NCBI GenBank assembly: GCA_965215275.1 | Contig: OZ244044.1 | Coordinates: 1,568,001-1,632,000 of the forward strand | Length of the DNA: 64,000 nucleotides | Direction of reading: 5' to 3' | Source of the DNA: Thermodesulfobacteriota bacterium | Lineage (GTDB): Bacteria > Desulfobacterota_D > UBA1144 > Nemesobacterales > JAJCZQ01 | In this document: piece by piece, positions 11,915 to 22,115 of the stretch | Numbering within the stretch: position 1 is the first letter of the stretch | Layout: every line of letters starts with the position of its first letter | The notes under the pieces: generated by a model | Databases searched by the model: none | The model's input: the letters and a program-made list of their open reading frames with translations, nothing else | Told to the model about the DNA's origin: nothing | Position numbers and translations under genes: made by a program

Positions 11915-14900
11915 ATGAGTTCAGACACGGAAGATCCGTTATACGGATGTCAGTGGCATCTGAAGAACACTGGGCAGTTAAGTATTTCCGGAAAGGAAAT
12001 AACAGCAGGAGAAGATATAAACATAGAGGGAGTGTGGAACGAAGACGTATATGGTTCTGGAATTAACGTAGCAGTAGTAAGTGACGGCATCGACCTTTCA
12101 CATGAGGACCTTACTGCAAACGTCCGTTCCGGACTGAACTATGATCTGTCTGACAGTTCATCTTTTAGTGGGACACGAGCGGCAGGAGTAACAGCAGCAA
12201 CTGGATATAACGGACTGGGAGTAAGAGGAACAGCACCGGGTGCGAGTATATACAGTTACAGGTTATCCGGTGATCTCAGAGAAGCGGACGCGGTGGTCCG
12301 TAATAAGGAAATAACTGCAGTATTGGTTAACGGCCGGGGATATGAGGAAGGAGCTTTTTTTCAGGAGGCTTTGGCTGAGTGGGAAGAAGGAGTGGAACTT
12401 GGAATAAGAGAAGGGTTTTATGGTAAAGGTGTGTTTTACGTCCGGGGAGCAGGGGACGGTCATGAGAATAACGATCAGGCTAATTTTTCTGAATATTCAA
12501 ACTATTACGGAGTAACGGCCGTTTGTTCAACTGACGGTTTTGGAAAGAAGAGTATATTTTCAGAAGAGGGAGTAAATCTATGGGTATGTGCACCTGGTTC
12601 TGATATTGTAACTACAGATAACAACAACGATTACGTTGTAACATCCGGAACTGTCCTTTCAGCTTCACAGGTTGGAGGAGTGGCAGCACTGCTGAGAGAG
12701 ATAAATGGACAGCTGAGCTGGAGGGATATAAAGCTTATACTTGCGGGTTCAGCACGGCAGAACGATTTTTTTGATATGAGCTGGGAGACTGGAGCTGTTA
12801 AATACGGTTCTGATACGGAAAGATATAAATATAATCCTAAGTATGGTTTTGGCGTGGTAGACGCAGAAGCAGCTGCAGAACTTGCAAAAAGCTGGAAAGG
12901 CGTTGGAGAGATGAGGACCATTACAGCTTCTTCAGATAATGAGATAACAATTCCTGATGGAGAAGGAGATGGAGAAGGAGAAGCAGACGGGATCCTTGTT
13001 TCCAGACTTATGATACCGGACCTTGAAGAAATATTTACGGAATTCGTTGAAGTAGAACTTGTTTTTTCTCATGACCGCTTACAGGACCTTGATATAAAAA
13101 TAACTTCTCCTTCTGGGATTGTTTCGGAACTTGTCCGGGAGTTTTCAGGGGAGGAAGAAGATGCTGATATCAGTTACCTGAGAAGAACACATCGTTTCGG
13201 GTCGGCAAAGCACCTCGGAGAAGACCCTTCCGGAGAATGGATCCTTCATATAACTGATACTGCTTATGGAGATGAAGAAAATGAAGAAAACACCGTTACC
13301 CTGCACTCATGGAGCGTTAAGGTGTATGGGCATGTTTTTTTATCAGACCGTGGCAAGGAGATAACTACTAAAGCTTTAACCTTCGGCAATCAGACGGTAG
13401 AAGATCAGGTGTGGGGTAACGGCAGCGCAGTAACGTTAACTCTGCCTGCTGCTACCGGAGGTAACGGAACTTTAAATTACAGTTTAACTCCTAATCCACC
13501 TCTTGGATTGACCTTTACCCAAGGCACCAGAACGTTAAGTGGAACGCTCAACGTCAGTGGACAACTACCCGTAACTACTACTTATACTTACAAGGTAACT
13601 GACGATGACGGAGATTCGGATACTCGCACCTTCTCTATTACTATAGAAGCTGATACAGAGCCGAGCTTTGGAGGTCAGTCTATCCCAAATCAGCTATATC
13701 TTGAAGGGACAACGTTAGGTCTTCCGGTAACGCTGCCTGAGGCAACGGGAGGGAATGGTCAGTTAAATTACAGTTTATCTCCTGCTTTACCAACTGGATT
13801 GGAATTTAATCCTGATATCAGAGTTATAAGCGGAACTCCAACTCAACATATAGTTATCCCTGAAACTTATACATATAAGGTAACGGACAATGACGGAGAT
13901 ACAGTTAATCTGAGGTTTCACCTGTCTGTATTATTCAACACCCGGCCAATCTTTGGTAACAGGATGATAACAGATAAGGTGTATTATACGTTTACAGGAG
14001 TAACGGAAACGTTACCTGAGGCAGCACAAAATAATAATCCACCTTCAACTTACAGTTTAGTTCCTGCATTACCTGATGGACTGATCTTTACCCCTGCTAC
14101 CAGAGAGATAACAGGAACACCGACCACTGCAATGTCTGAGACTGATTATACGTATACGGTTGCTGATCTAAATGGAGATACGGATGAGTTAACGTTCAGT
14201 ATCACTGTATTAGCAGGAGCAGACACGGAACCGACCTTCGGAAGTGAAACTATAGATAACAAGGTGTATATAAACGGAGAAGCAGTAAATGAAACACTGC
14301 CTGAAGCAACGTCAGGGAATGCTCCATTAACTTACAGCTTAACTAATACTGGGTTAACTATTTTGACTTTACATCGTGGATTGGATTATACAGACAGAGT
14401 TATAAGTGGAACACTCAATATCAATACTCCAAGAATACTTCCTCACACTTGGAGTTATACATATAAAGTAAGAGACAATAATGGAGATACAGCAGAGATA
14501 ATGTTCAGTATAACAATAGAAGAAGACAGCGAACCGGACTTCAGCGGTGTGACAATACCAGATCGTGTGTACACGGGGAGAACAATAGAGCTGCCAGAGG
14601 CAGCGGGAGGGAATTTACCGGTTACATACAGTATAACACCTGATCTGCCAGCTGGATTGAGATTTAACGAAGTAACGCGGGAAATAAGTGGGACACCCAG
14701 GAGTGCATCGACAAGGACTTACACGTATACGGCAACGGACAGGAATGGAAATACGGATACATTGGATTTCATGCTCAGTGTAGAGGTTACTTCTACTCCA
14801 GGACCAACACCACCACGAGGACCAAGAACGTCAGGTAGTGATTCAGGCGGAGGTGGAGGAGGATGTGCTGTATCAGAGCAAAGCAGCGTTGATGAAGATA

Positions 14901-14983
14901 TTCTCGGAGTAATGGCATGTCTGATACTTATACCCGTGTCAGTAGTGATAAGAAGGAAGAGAAGAGTTCAGATAAAGAACTAG
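11915..14983 (+). CDS. Catalytically degenerate S8/kexin-like domain + P domain + about 5 Ig-like repeats + Gly-Cys-TM-basic sorting tail; the true N-terminus lies upstream across a frameshift
   Basis: QWHLKNTGQ, LSWRDIK, YGFGVVDA, GEWILHITD, LHSWSVKVYG; LPEATGGNG/YTYKVTD repeats; GGGGGGC...RRKRR. Confidence 0.85.
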   Translation: MSSDTEDPLYGCQWHLKNTGQLSISGKEITAGEDINIEGVWNEDVYGSGINVAVVSDGIDLSHEDLTANVRSGLNYDLSDSSSFSGTRAAGVTAATGYNGLGVRGTAPGASIYSYRLSGDLREADAVVRNKEITAVLVNGRGYEEGAFFQEALAEWEEGVELGIREGFYGKGVFYVRGAGDGHENNDQANFSEYSNYYGVTAVCSTDGFGKKSIFSEEGVNLWVCAPGSDIVTTDNNNDYVVTSGTVLSASQVGGVAALLREINGQLSWRDIKLILAGSARQNDFFDMSWETGAVKYGSDTERYKYNPKYGFGVVDAEAAAELAKSWKGVGEMRTITASSDNEITIPDGEGDGEGEADGILVSRLMIPDLEEIFTEFVEVELVFSHDRLQDLDIKITSPSGIVSELVREFSGEEEDADISYLRRTHRFGSAKHLGEDPSGEWILHITDTAYGDEENEENTVTLHSWSVKVYGHVFLSDRGKEITTKALTFGNQTVEDQVWGNGSAVTLTLPAATGGNGTLNYSLTPNPPLGLTFTQGTRTLSGTLNVSGQLPVTTTYTYKVTDDDGDSDTRTFSITIEADTEPSFGGQSIPNQLYLEGTTLGLPVTLPEATGGNGQLNYSLSPALPTGLEFNPDIRVISGTPTQHIVIPETYTYKVTDNDGDTVNLRFHLSVLFNTRPIFGNRMITDKVYYTFTGVTETLPEAAQNNNPPSTYSLVPALPDGLIFTPATREITGTPTTAMSETDYTYTVADLNGDTDELTFSITVLAGADTEPTFGSETIDNKVYINGEAVNETLPEATSGNAPLTYSLTNTGLTILTLHRGLDYTDRVISGTLNINTPRILPHTWSYTYKVRDNNGDTAEIMFSITIEEDSEPDFSGVTIPDRVYTGRTIELPEAAGGNLPVTYSITPDLPAGLRFNEVTREISGTPRSASTRTYTYTATDRNGNTDTLDFMLSVEVTSTPGPTPPRGPRTSGSDSGGGGGGCAVSEQSSVDEDILGVMACLILIPVSVVIRRKRRVQIKN

Positions 14984-15005
14984 CAAATGCGGTTCTTTCC
15001 AGAAC

Positions 15006-15067
15006 ATTGAACTAATATCTTTCCCATCAAAATATATACTGGTTGCTTACGGGAGAAGACGCAGTAT
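15006..15067 (+). repeat. ~62-66 bp dispersed repeat, copy A
   Basis: ATTGAAC..ATATCTTTCCCATCA..CTGGTTGCTTACGGGAGAAGACGCAGTAT; similar copies at 19963 and 46510. Confidence 0.75.
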
Positions 15068-15234
15068 TTCTCTGTTAAAGTCCTCTTTTCTTTAGCTAAT
15101 CCATACACAGAAGCAAGTATGAAACCCTACTTAACTTTGATTTAGATACAGACCTGTATAACAAGCGTCTTAAATACCACAACCTTATCAAGGAATAATA
15201 GTGAGCAGAAAATCAAAGATAATTTTACTAATAG

Positions 15235-15540
15235 ATGGGGATTTTGATCGCATTGATGCTTGTTTTTTTAATCTCGGGTAACATTGTATATGGTTCCCAG
15301 AATTTTCGATCATATGTGATAAACAGTATAGCTGGTTCTACAGGGAGACAACATTTTTATAATAATCCCCTAAAATTATTTACAGCACTAAAAATTACAA
15401 ATAAACAAATGATTGATTTACATAGCAAATCATCTGTTTTGTTTAACAAGGTAAGACAAGTTTTGGAAGAAACTAAAATACTACTATCTCTTTTGGATAT
15501 TCCCTTATCAAAATTAACCAAAACAGATATAACTGCATGA
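15235..15540 (+). pseudogene. hsdS: Probable 3' remnant of type I RM specificity subunit HsdS
   Basis: FRSYVINSIAGSTGRQ and terminal LLSLLDIPLSKLTK resemble the HsdS C-terminal part; ATGA overlap with the next gene; hsdR remnant lies downstream. Confidence 0.45.
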
Positions 15541-16334
15541 CCATTGCCACCGGAACCATTCAATACCAATTAGGAACTGTGCCGGTCACCGGATGCGGTT
15601 TCTCTTATTCCGTTGCTGAATTGGACACAGCATTGTCCGGTTCCGTAGCAGAAATTTTACATGATGATTCTGGAAAGGCAGATATTAGGGCACTGCTTGC
15701 CGGGATTGTTGAAACTGATTTTGAAAAAGGCGAAATTGAACGGATTTTATCCAATACTAAACCGCCGGAAAACTGGCGTGTAGGTGAAGCACTGGCAGAG
15801 TCTTATTTAGTTCATCAAAAGAACTGCTTTTTCCCTTGGCCGAGTGGCCGTGACGAACGCAAGAGTGGTTCCAGTCTTTCCGGTGCAGACTTGATCGGTT
15901 TTCAATCTAACGGTACCGATGATTTTTTTGCATTCGGCGAGGTAAAAACATCGACTGAAAACAAATATCCTCCCGGAACTATGTATGGTCGCACAGGCTT
16001 GAAACAGCAGCTTGAGGATCTAAAATATGATGTACAAATAAAGGACGATATCTTTAGATATCTTGGCTTTCGTGCACAAAGATCAGCATGGAAAGACCGG
16101 TTCAAGAGAGCAGCAAAAAATTACATTCAAAGCAAAACCAATATTCGTGTTTTTGGTTTTATGGTCCGCGATGTAGAGCCCAATAAGGACGATATTCATA
16201 CTCGAGTAACTAAACTCGCCAAGGATCAGCACGCAGATATGGTGATTGAATTGCTTGTGCTTTATTTACCGCAAGACAGCATCGGGCAACTTAGTGATAA
16301 AGTTGTCAGTAGTAGACATGGAGGTGTTGTATGA
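15537..16334 (+). CDS. hamA: HamA-like PD-(D/E)XK nuclease (Hachiman anti-phage system)
   Basis: GEALAE...GADLIG...FGEVKT motif; 265 aa; translationally coupled to a Ski2-like helicase. Confidence 0.6.
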   Translation: MTIATGTIQYQLGTVPVTGCGFSYSVAELDTALSGSVAEILHDDSGKADIRALLAGIVETDFEKGEIERILSNTKPPENWRVGEALAESYLVHQKNCFFPWPSGRDERKSGSSLSGADLIGFQSNGTDDFFAFGEVKTSTENKYPPGTMYGRTGLKQQLEDLKYDVQIKDDIFRYLGFRAQRSAWKDRFKRAAKNYIQSKTNIRVFGFMVRDVEPNKDDIHTRVTKLAKDQHADMVIELLVLYLPQDSIGQLSDKVVSSRHGGVV

Positions 16335-19300
16335 ACGTAACAGAAGCATCTTTGGACAAAATTGATCAGCACTGGGCAGTTCAGGCCATTGGTGCCGAAC
16401 AACTCAAGCAGGCTTTTGAACTGTCTAACCGACTCTTCGTGGAAAAGACCGTGGGCGGTCAGATACATTTCAACTATACATTTTTACAGTCTGATTACGA
16501 GTTGCTCGACAGAGTTTCTATGGCTTACGAAATGGCAGCAATTGAAGGGTTAAATGATTTTCTGAACCCGACTTCCATTGAGAAGGAACTAAGAGAACAA
16601 TGCGCATCAGGTGCTTATCGGGCATTTGAAATTCGAAGGCTCTTTAATTTCCCTGCTACCAATGAACAACGGATTTTTCACGTTTTACACCTCTCGTCAT
16701 TGGCTTATTGCGGAGATAGGTGGACGGATCTACGCCGCTGGTACAACGAAAACGAAAACAGCATTCAGGTGCCTTCTGTTGCAAATGCCCCTTGGGACGG
16801 ACGTTTGCTCAATCGTCTGTTTGAATGCTGGATTCGGCTTTTCAGAAAAAAACGCTGGGACGACCTGGACCGTATCCGCGAGATCATTGCCGGGCTTAGA
16901 GAAGATCAGAAACAGTATGAGGCTGGAGTTCTGAACGAACCCAGTAATGCTGAAAACCACACTATGGCACTACGGCTCATAAGTCTGTATCACTGGGCCA
17001 AAGCTACGGAAATTCTAGCTAAATATATGCTGCAAGGTGAACCGGCCAGTGTTGCCACTTTGTTGAACAAACATTTTGAATCAGCTATCGAATCCTCTGC
17101 AGACAGTGCCGACTCACAACTCGAAATATTGTTAAGGTGGTTGCAAATTGCAAGTCGTCAGATGATCACTGATTCCATCTGGTGGGTCGCAAGTCGAATC
17201 AATACCCGCGTCACAAAATTTATAAATGAAGTAACCAAGCAGCAGGCTTTGTTCGAATTATTACCGCCGCAGCGAGCTGCTATTCAGGAACATGGGTTGC
17301 TTGATCAAGCTGCAACCGCCATCGTTGTTGATATGCCAACCTCGGGTGGTAAAACATTGCTTGCTCAGTTCCGAATATTGCAGACTCTCAATCAGTTTAG
17401 TCAAGATGAATTAGATAAAGGATGGGTGGCTTATGTGGCCCCGACAAAAGCTCTTACCGCACAAATAACTCGAAGCCTCAGACGTGATTTTGAACCAATC
17501 GGGGTAAAGGTTGAGCAACTCACTGGAGCCATTGAGATTGATACTTTTGAGGAAGACCTTTTAGCACAGACAGAAAAAACTGATGCCTTCGATGTTTTAG
17601 TCGCTACGCCGGAGAAACTGCAACTTATCATTCGCAACAAAAAGGTGACTCGCCCTCTGGCTCTTGTTGTCATGGATGAGGCTCATAATATTGAGGATGA
17701 AACCCGTGGATTAAGAATTGAATTATTGCTGGCAACGATCAAGGGTGAATGCAGCACGGCCAACTTTTTACTGCTGATGCCTTTTGTTGAGAATCCAGAA
17801 ATTCTTGCCCGTTGGCTCGCGCAGGATATCAACGCCGGGCGATCAATAAGTTTTGGAACGACACCATGGAAGCCTAATGAAAGAATTGTGGGTATGTTCA
17901 AGGCGGAAGCCGATGACTCCGTCAAGGCTGGATGGCGCCTGAAATATGAAACTCTTACCACCACGCCAAAGACTATTCATCTCTCAGGTGAACATACTGT
18001 GGGTGGAGTGAAACCTCTAAATTTCTCGAAAAGCAAAGTTCTGAAAAAAAACAAACAAGATAAAATAACTTGGCAGACTGCGGCAATGGCTCGAATTATG
18101 TCTGATCGTGGAACAAGTATTGCTGTAGCCAATAATACCGACTGGGTTTGGAACATGGCTCGAAAAATTTGTGAGACCTTGGAACCATTCAATTCGCTTC
18201 CTAATGAAATCTTGCTGGTCCAGAATTTTCTTCGAACAGAAATAAGCACTAATTTTGAACTTATCAATATGCTCTCTCATGGTGTAGGGGTTCATCATGC
18301 CGGACTGTCCGATGAAGTTAGAACCCTTATGGAGTGGCTTGCTGAAGAAGGAAAGTTGCGGGTGCTTTGTGCAACAACAACTATTGCACAGGGCTTAAAC
18401 TTTCCGGTTTCATCCGTCTTTTTAGCTTCGAACAAATATCAATATGGGAAAGAAATGTCGCCTCGTGAGTTCTGGAACCTCGCGGGCCGTGCAGGTCGTA
18501 TGAAAAACGACAGCGTAGGTGTTGTTGGTCTTGCTGCTGGCAATGAACCTGATAAAATAATTGACTATGTATCCCGTGCAACTGGTGCACTTGCCTCCCG
18601 TTTGGTGATGATGCTTGATGAACTTGAACAGGCAGGAAAGTTGAATGAGTTGGAGGCTGTTTTTCAAAATGAACAATGGGAAGATTTTCGTTGCTATGTC
18701 GCACATCTCTGGAATGAAAAGAAAAACCTTGATGCGGTTCTTTTAGATACAGAGCAACTTCTCAGAAACACCCTTGGATATGGATGGCTCGAAAGCCAAA
18801 CTGATCAGAAGCAGAAAGCCGAAAAACTTCTGGAAGTTACCAAAGAATATGCTAGAACCCTCTCAGAAAATCCTGGACATGCGTCGCTTGCCGATATGAC
18901 AGGCTTCTCCCCAGAAGGTATCGGCCAAGCGTTAGCTGGAATAAACTCTCTGGAAAATAAACTCACGGTTGATGACTGGAAACCTAACAGTCTATTTGGC
19001 GGGCAGTCCGGCATGGCTGATCTCTATGGGGTTATGCTGCGGATTCCGCAGTTGAAAGGCAACCTTGAAGAGATTACCAATCGAGGACTTAAGCACAGCC
19101 AAATAGCAGACATTACCAAAGCATGGGTTAACGGTAAAAGCATTGAGGAGATCGCAAGAGATTTTTTCAAGGGTGATGAAGATCAGACAAAGGCTCTAAC
19201 TTTAGCGTGTAAAGCAATCTACAAAACTCTGGTGAATAACGGGACTTGGGGAATATCAGCATTAAGTCGCTTGTCAGGACTTGATTTTGATCAATTGTCG

Positions 19301-19591
19301 GAGTCTGAAAAACGCCAGATTAATATCATTCCCGCAATGATTTATTACGGAGTTAAATCAGAAGAAGGCATTTTGTTACGCATGAACTCTGTGCCAAGAA
19401 GTATTGCGGAATCTCTTGGTACCGTCATGAAAGATTCAGTATCCAAGGAGAACTGTACTGTTCAGGACGCACGATTGTTTTTGAAAGAATCTGATATGTC
19501 TGCGTGGGATAAGGCTATCCCACAAGCATCATCTCTGTCTGGAGAGGAATATAAGCGAATTTGGAAAATACTTTCAGGAAAAGATAGATGA
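16331..19591 (+). CDS. hamB: HamB-like SF2 DEAH (Ski2-like) helicase with long N-terminal helical region
   Basis: PTSGGKT, TPEK, DEAH, HHAGL, ATTTIAQGLN, NLAGRAGR. Confidence 0.7.
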   Translation: MNVTEASLDKIDQHWAVQAIGAEQLKQAFELSNRLFVEKTVGGQIHFNYTFLQSDYELLDRVSMAYEMAAIEGLNDFLNPTSIEKELREQCASGAYRAFEIRRLFNFPATNEQRIFHVLHLSSLAYCGDRWTDLRRWYNENENSIQVPSVANAPWDGRLLNRLFECWIRLFRKKRWDDLDRIREIIAGLREDQKQYEAGVLNEPSNAENHTMALRLISLYHWAKATEILAKYMLQGEPASVATLLNKHFESAIESSADSADSQLEILLRWLQIASRQMITDSIWWVASRINTRVTKFINEVTKQQALFELLPPQRAAIQEHGLLDQAATAIVVDMPTSGGKTLLAQFRILQTLNQFSQDELDKGWVAYVAPTKALTAQITRSLRRDFEPIGVKVEQLTGAIEIDTFEEDLLAQTEKTDAFDVLVATPEKLQLIIRNKKVTRPLALVVMDEAHNIEDETRGLRIELLLATIKGECSTANFLLLMPFVENPEILARWLAQDINAGRSISFGTTPWKPNERIVGMFKAEADDSVKAGWRLKYETLTTTPKTIHLSGEHTVGGVKPLNFSKSKVLKKNKQDKITWQTAAMARIMSDRGTSIAVANNTDWVWNMARKICETLEPFNSLPNEILLVQNFLRTEISTNFELINMLSHGVGVHHAGLSDEVRTLMEWLAEEGKLRVLCATTTIAQGLNFPVSSVFLASNKYQYGKEMSPREFWNLAGRAGRMKNDSVGVVGLAAGNEPDKIIDYVSRATGALASRLVMMLDELEQAGKLNELEAVFQNEQWEDFRCYVAHLWNEKKNLDAVLLDTEQLLRNTLGYGWLESQTDQKQKAEKLLEVTKEYARTLSENPGHASLADMTGFSPEGIGQALAGINSLENKLTVDDWKPNSLFGGQSGMADLYGVMLRIPQLKGNLEEITNRGLKHSQIADITKAWVNGKSIEEIARDFFKGDEDQTKALTLACKAIYKTLVNNGTWGISALSRLSGLDFDQLSESEKRQINIIPAMIYYGVKSEEGILLRMNSVPRSIAESLGTVMKDSVSKENCTVQDARLFLKESDMSAWDKAIPQASSLSGEEYKRIWKILSGKDR

Positions 19592-19937
19592 ACACTAAAC
19601 TTACAGAGAAAAAACTAGAACTTGCAATAATCAAACTTCTGAAAGTTGAAGGCTACAAGCACATTCTTATACAAACTATTGCAAGAAAAACCAATAAAGT
19701 GCTATCCGCGAAGTGACCACCATTCATGATGTTTATGTCTAGCTGACAACCCAGTACCACCGGGATATTATAGAGTTTTTAAATACAATGCGATTTGTAT
19801 GATTAGCGACGGAAGCAATAATAAGGCTGGTTCTCCTTACGGGTTTTTTCTATGCATGGGACAAAATCTATGGCACAAATCTTGTTGAAAAATGGAATTG
19901 ATGACTCTATGTTATGATGGTTAAAGGGATATTCAAT
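19588..19937 (+). pseudogene. hsdR: Decayed 5' fragments of type I restriction subunit HsdR
   Basis: ATGA-coupled MNTKLTEKKLELAIIKLLKVEGYKH, then TIHDVYV*LTTQYHRDI and FKYNAICMISDGSNNKAGS with stops, frameshifts and internal deletion. Confidence 0.72.
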
Positions 19938-19962
19938 TTGCATCTGTAAACTGTTCCAAAAT

Positions 19963-20027
19963 ATTGAACGAACTGAGATCTTTCCATCAGAATATCTGCT
20001 GGCTGATTACGGGAGAAGAAGCAGTAT
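19963..20027 (+). repeat. Dispersed repeat copy B (direct repeat of copy A at the far side of the defence island)
   Basis: ATTGAACGAACTGAGATCTTTCCATCAGAATATCTGCTGGCTGATTACGGGAGAAGAAGCAGTAT. Confidence 0.75.
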
Positions 20028-20077
20028 TATAAAAAGTAAGAAGCAGAAAACATTTTACACTGCAATAGTATAATATA

Positions 20078-21985
20078 TTACTGCGAACAAATATCTCTGA
20101 TACATTCGTAAATCATGACCATAGCAAACGTATCAAGTTCACAATATCGAAGAAGAGAATCTTCAATATTATTCCTCTCTTCCTCTGAAATATCAGAAAA
20201 TTGTAAATAATGGTAAGCCATCATAGCTTCTCCACCTTCCGTAATATCCTGAAATTGAGAATTTTCAGAATCAATATAATCTAGAAAAGAAACATTGCTG
20301 TTTAAAAGCTTGTATGGGTCTACAATACTATTACCATTTTTTTGAATCCAAATTTTCTCTTTGAAATTCAAACTTTTAATCTCATCTGATCCATAAATAG
20401 GATTTGAATATTTGTCCTGTAAAAATTTAGATTCATTTAAAATAGCAGGAAGTACTTTTTTAATAGAGTTCGAACCCTTCGTTAAAGGTGAGTAGTAATA
20501 TTCCTTTATTATTCCTTTTCCTAAATCTACCATGGCTCTTTGTCCGTTCTTAATAATTGAGCATATAAATCTTATTAAATCTGCTTTATCATTTTCATGG
20601 GAGTGCTCAAGCTGTTTTTTTATTTTAGTTAAACAGGTATTTTCATGATCCCAGTATCTAAAAATAGTTCCACAATCTTCCTCAAGTGCTTTTTTTAAAG
20701 CTCTTACAAAATCAAAATTAGGAAAAAAGGATGCCTTCGTGTTCAGATATTGATCTTTATGTTCAATTTTCCCACACTCGTCAACAATATGATGAGAGAA
20801 TTGAAAAGCGATCTCTTCATAGGGTCTTTTGCCTTTTGTAAATGGAATGGCAGGCCTTGATGTTTCAAAATCTATAAAATGTAAAGGAAATTTCCATGTT
20901 TTCATTTCATCTCTCAAGCCTTCTAGGTCAATCCAAGATGCCTTGTTTCCGTCACTTTCTTGTTGTATCTGCATTGCTTGTCTTTTTCCTGTAGAAGTTG
21001 AAGTGTTTATATCGGACAATGACAGACTCTTAATCTTAAATTTTTTCTTTTGAATAAAAACATCTATATCTTTATCTTTACAATTATGAAGGTCAAGAAC
21101 TGTCTGATCTTTAAAATCCTCTTTTTTAAAGTTGGCCATCTCTTTCCAGCATTCTTGAAATCCATCTATAAACCCTTGTTTTCTTTGTTCCTCTGTACAT
21201 CTAAATTCACACTTATTACATTTGTTTCCTAATCTCACCTTGATTTTTTCGTCTCTTTTGTATTTTTCAGAAAAAATTTGAACTTCATCTTTAAAACTTA
21301 TAGAACGATCCACTAAACCTTTTCCATCTATGACGTTATCAACACACGGGTCTACGCAAACTTTAGTTAAAATATCTACTTCTTTATCTTCATCTGACAA
21401 ATTAGTGGGTTTAACCACTGTTTTTTTGTTATTTTTATCTTTTATAATTTTAAACTTTCCAAAAAGTCCGTCTACTGAACAAACCTTATCTTTATCAACC
21501 AGCATTAAGAAACTTTTAATTTTATATTCAGGAAAAGCCTTTTTTAAAACATATTTCTGAAAGGCTACATCTTCTATGTATTCTTTCCATCCAGCCTTAC
21601 AAAACTTGCTTTTATCTCTTTTGTATGAGTATGATTTCGACTTAACTTCTATGAGTTCTATTACATCTTCTTTTTTATCCAAAATATCTGCTCGAAGAAA
21701 GAAATTATCAAACTTTATTACTGCTTCAAAAATAGTAACAATGTTTTTCTTCAAAAGTTCATTAGTCTGATCTTCTGCTTCAGAATAATCTAAAGCCTTA
21801 ATATCATGGCCGTTTGGAAAGCGGATCTTAGCTAATTCTCCTACTTGCAGACCACTCTCCATTAGTTCTTTAATAAAATAATCTTCGTCTTTCTGATCAG
21901 GGTACTGATCTTTATCAGTGTAAAATAATTTTCTTGGACACTCTACGGCCAGCTTAAACCGGGATTTTGTTAGATATCTTTCCAT
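20078..21985 (-). CDS. DUF2779-domain protein (N-terminal PD-(D/E)XK/Cas4-like part plus RNase H-like region)
   Basis: LTKSRFKLAVECPRKL, RADIL..IELIEVKS, CNKCEF, FIDFET, FQFSHH, SIKKVLPA, LLRYCELDT; visibly AT-rich. Confidence 0.75.
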   Translation of the reverse strand: MERYLTKSRFKLAVECPRKLFYTDKDQYPDQKDEDYFIKELMESGLQVGELAKIRFPNGHDIKALDYSEAEDQTNELLKKNIVTIFEAVIKFDNFFLRADILDKKEDVIELIEVKSKSYSYKRDKSKFCKAGWKEYIEDVAFQKYVLKKAFPEYKIKSFLMLVDKDKVCSVDGLFGKFKIIKDKNNKKTVVKPTNLSDEDKEVDILTKVCVDPCVDNVIDGKGLVDRSISFKDEVQIFSEKYKRDEKIKVRLGNKCNKCEFRCTEEQRKQGFIDGFQECWKEMANFKKEDFKDQTVLDLHNCKDKDIDVFIQKKKFKIKSLSLSDINTSTSTGKRQAMQIQQESDGNKASWIDLEGLRDEMKTWKFPLHFIDFETSRPAIPFTKGKRPYEEIAFQFSHHIVDECGKIEHKDQYLNTKASFFPNFDFVRALKKALEEDCGTIFRYWDHENTCLTKIKKQLEHSHENDKADLIRFICSIIKNGQRAMVDLGKGIIKEYYYSPLTKGSNSIKKVLPAILNESKFLQDKYSNPIYGSDEIKSLNFKEKIWIQKNGNSIVDPYKLLNSNVSFLDYIDSENSQFQDITEGGEAMMAYHYLQFSDISEEERNNIEDSLLRYCELDTFAMVMIYECIRDICSQ

Positions 21986-22089
21986 CTAAATAATCTCTAT
22001 AATGATTTTTAATTTTTCTAAGAGAAAAACAGTTTAAATAAGACAAACCCAAGATCTAGAAAATATAAGAAAATTAACGAGTAATATAG

Positions 22090-22115
22090 TTTGTCAACTT
22101 AACTATATAATTCCC
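22090..22115 (-). repeat. Orphan terminal inverted repeat of the TnpB-cassette family
   Basis: TTTGTCAACTTAACTATATAATTCCC, 23/26 identical to the TIR at 57979-58004. Confidence 0.65.

Noticed and set aside
13380..14790. Internal repeats of the S8-like genes as a CRISPR array or DGR template/variable repeats
   Set aside because: They are ~90-aa coding domain repeats; there is no reverse transcriptase, and I saw no adenine-specific pattern.
15006..20027. A true integron cassette array
   Set aside because: No intI is present and the R boxes deviate from RYYYAAC/GTTRRRY; kept only as an unexplained repeat.
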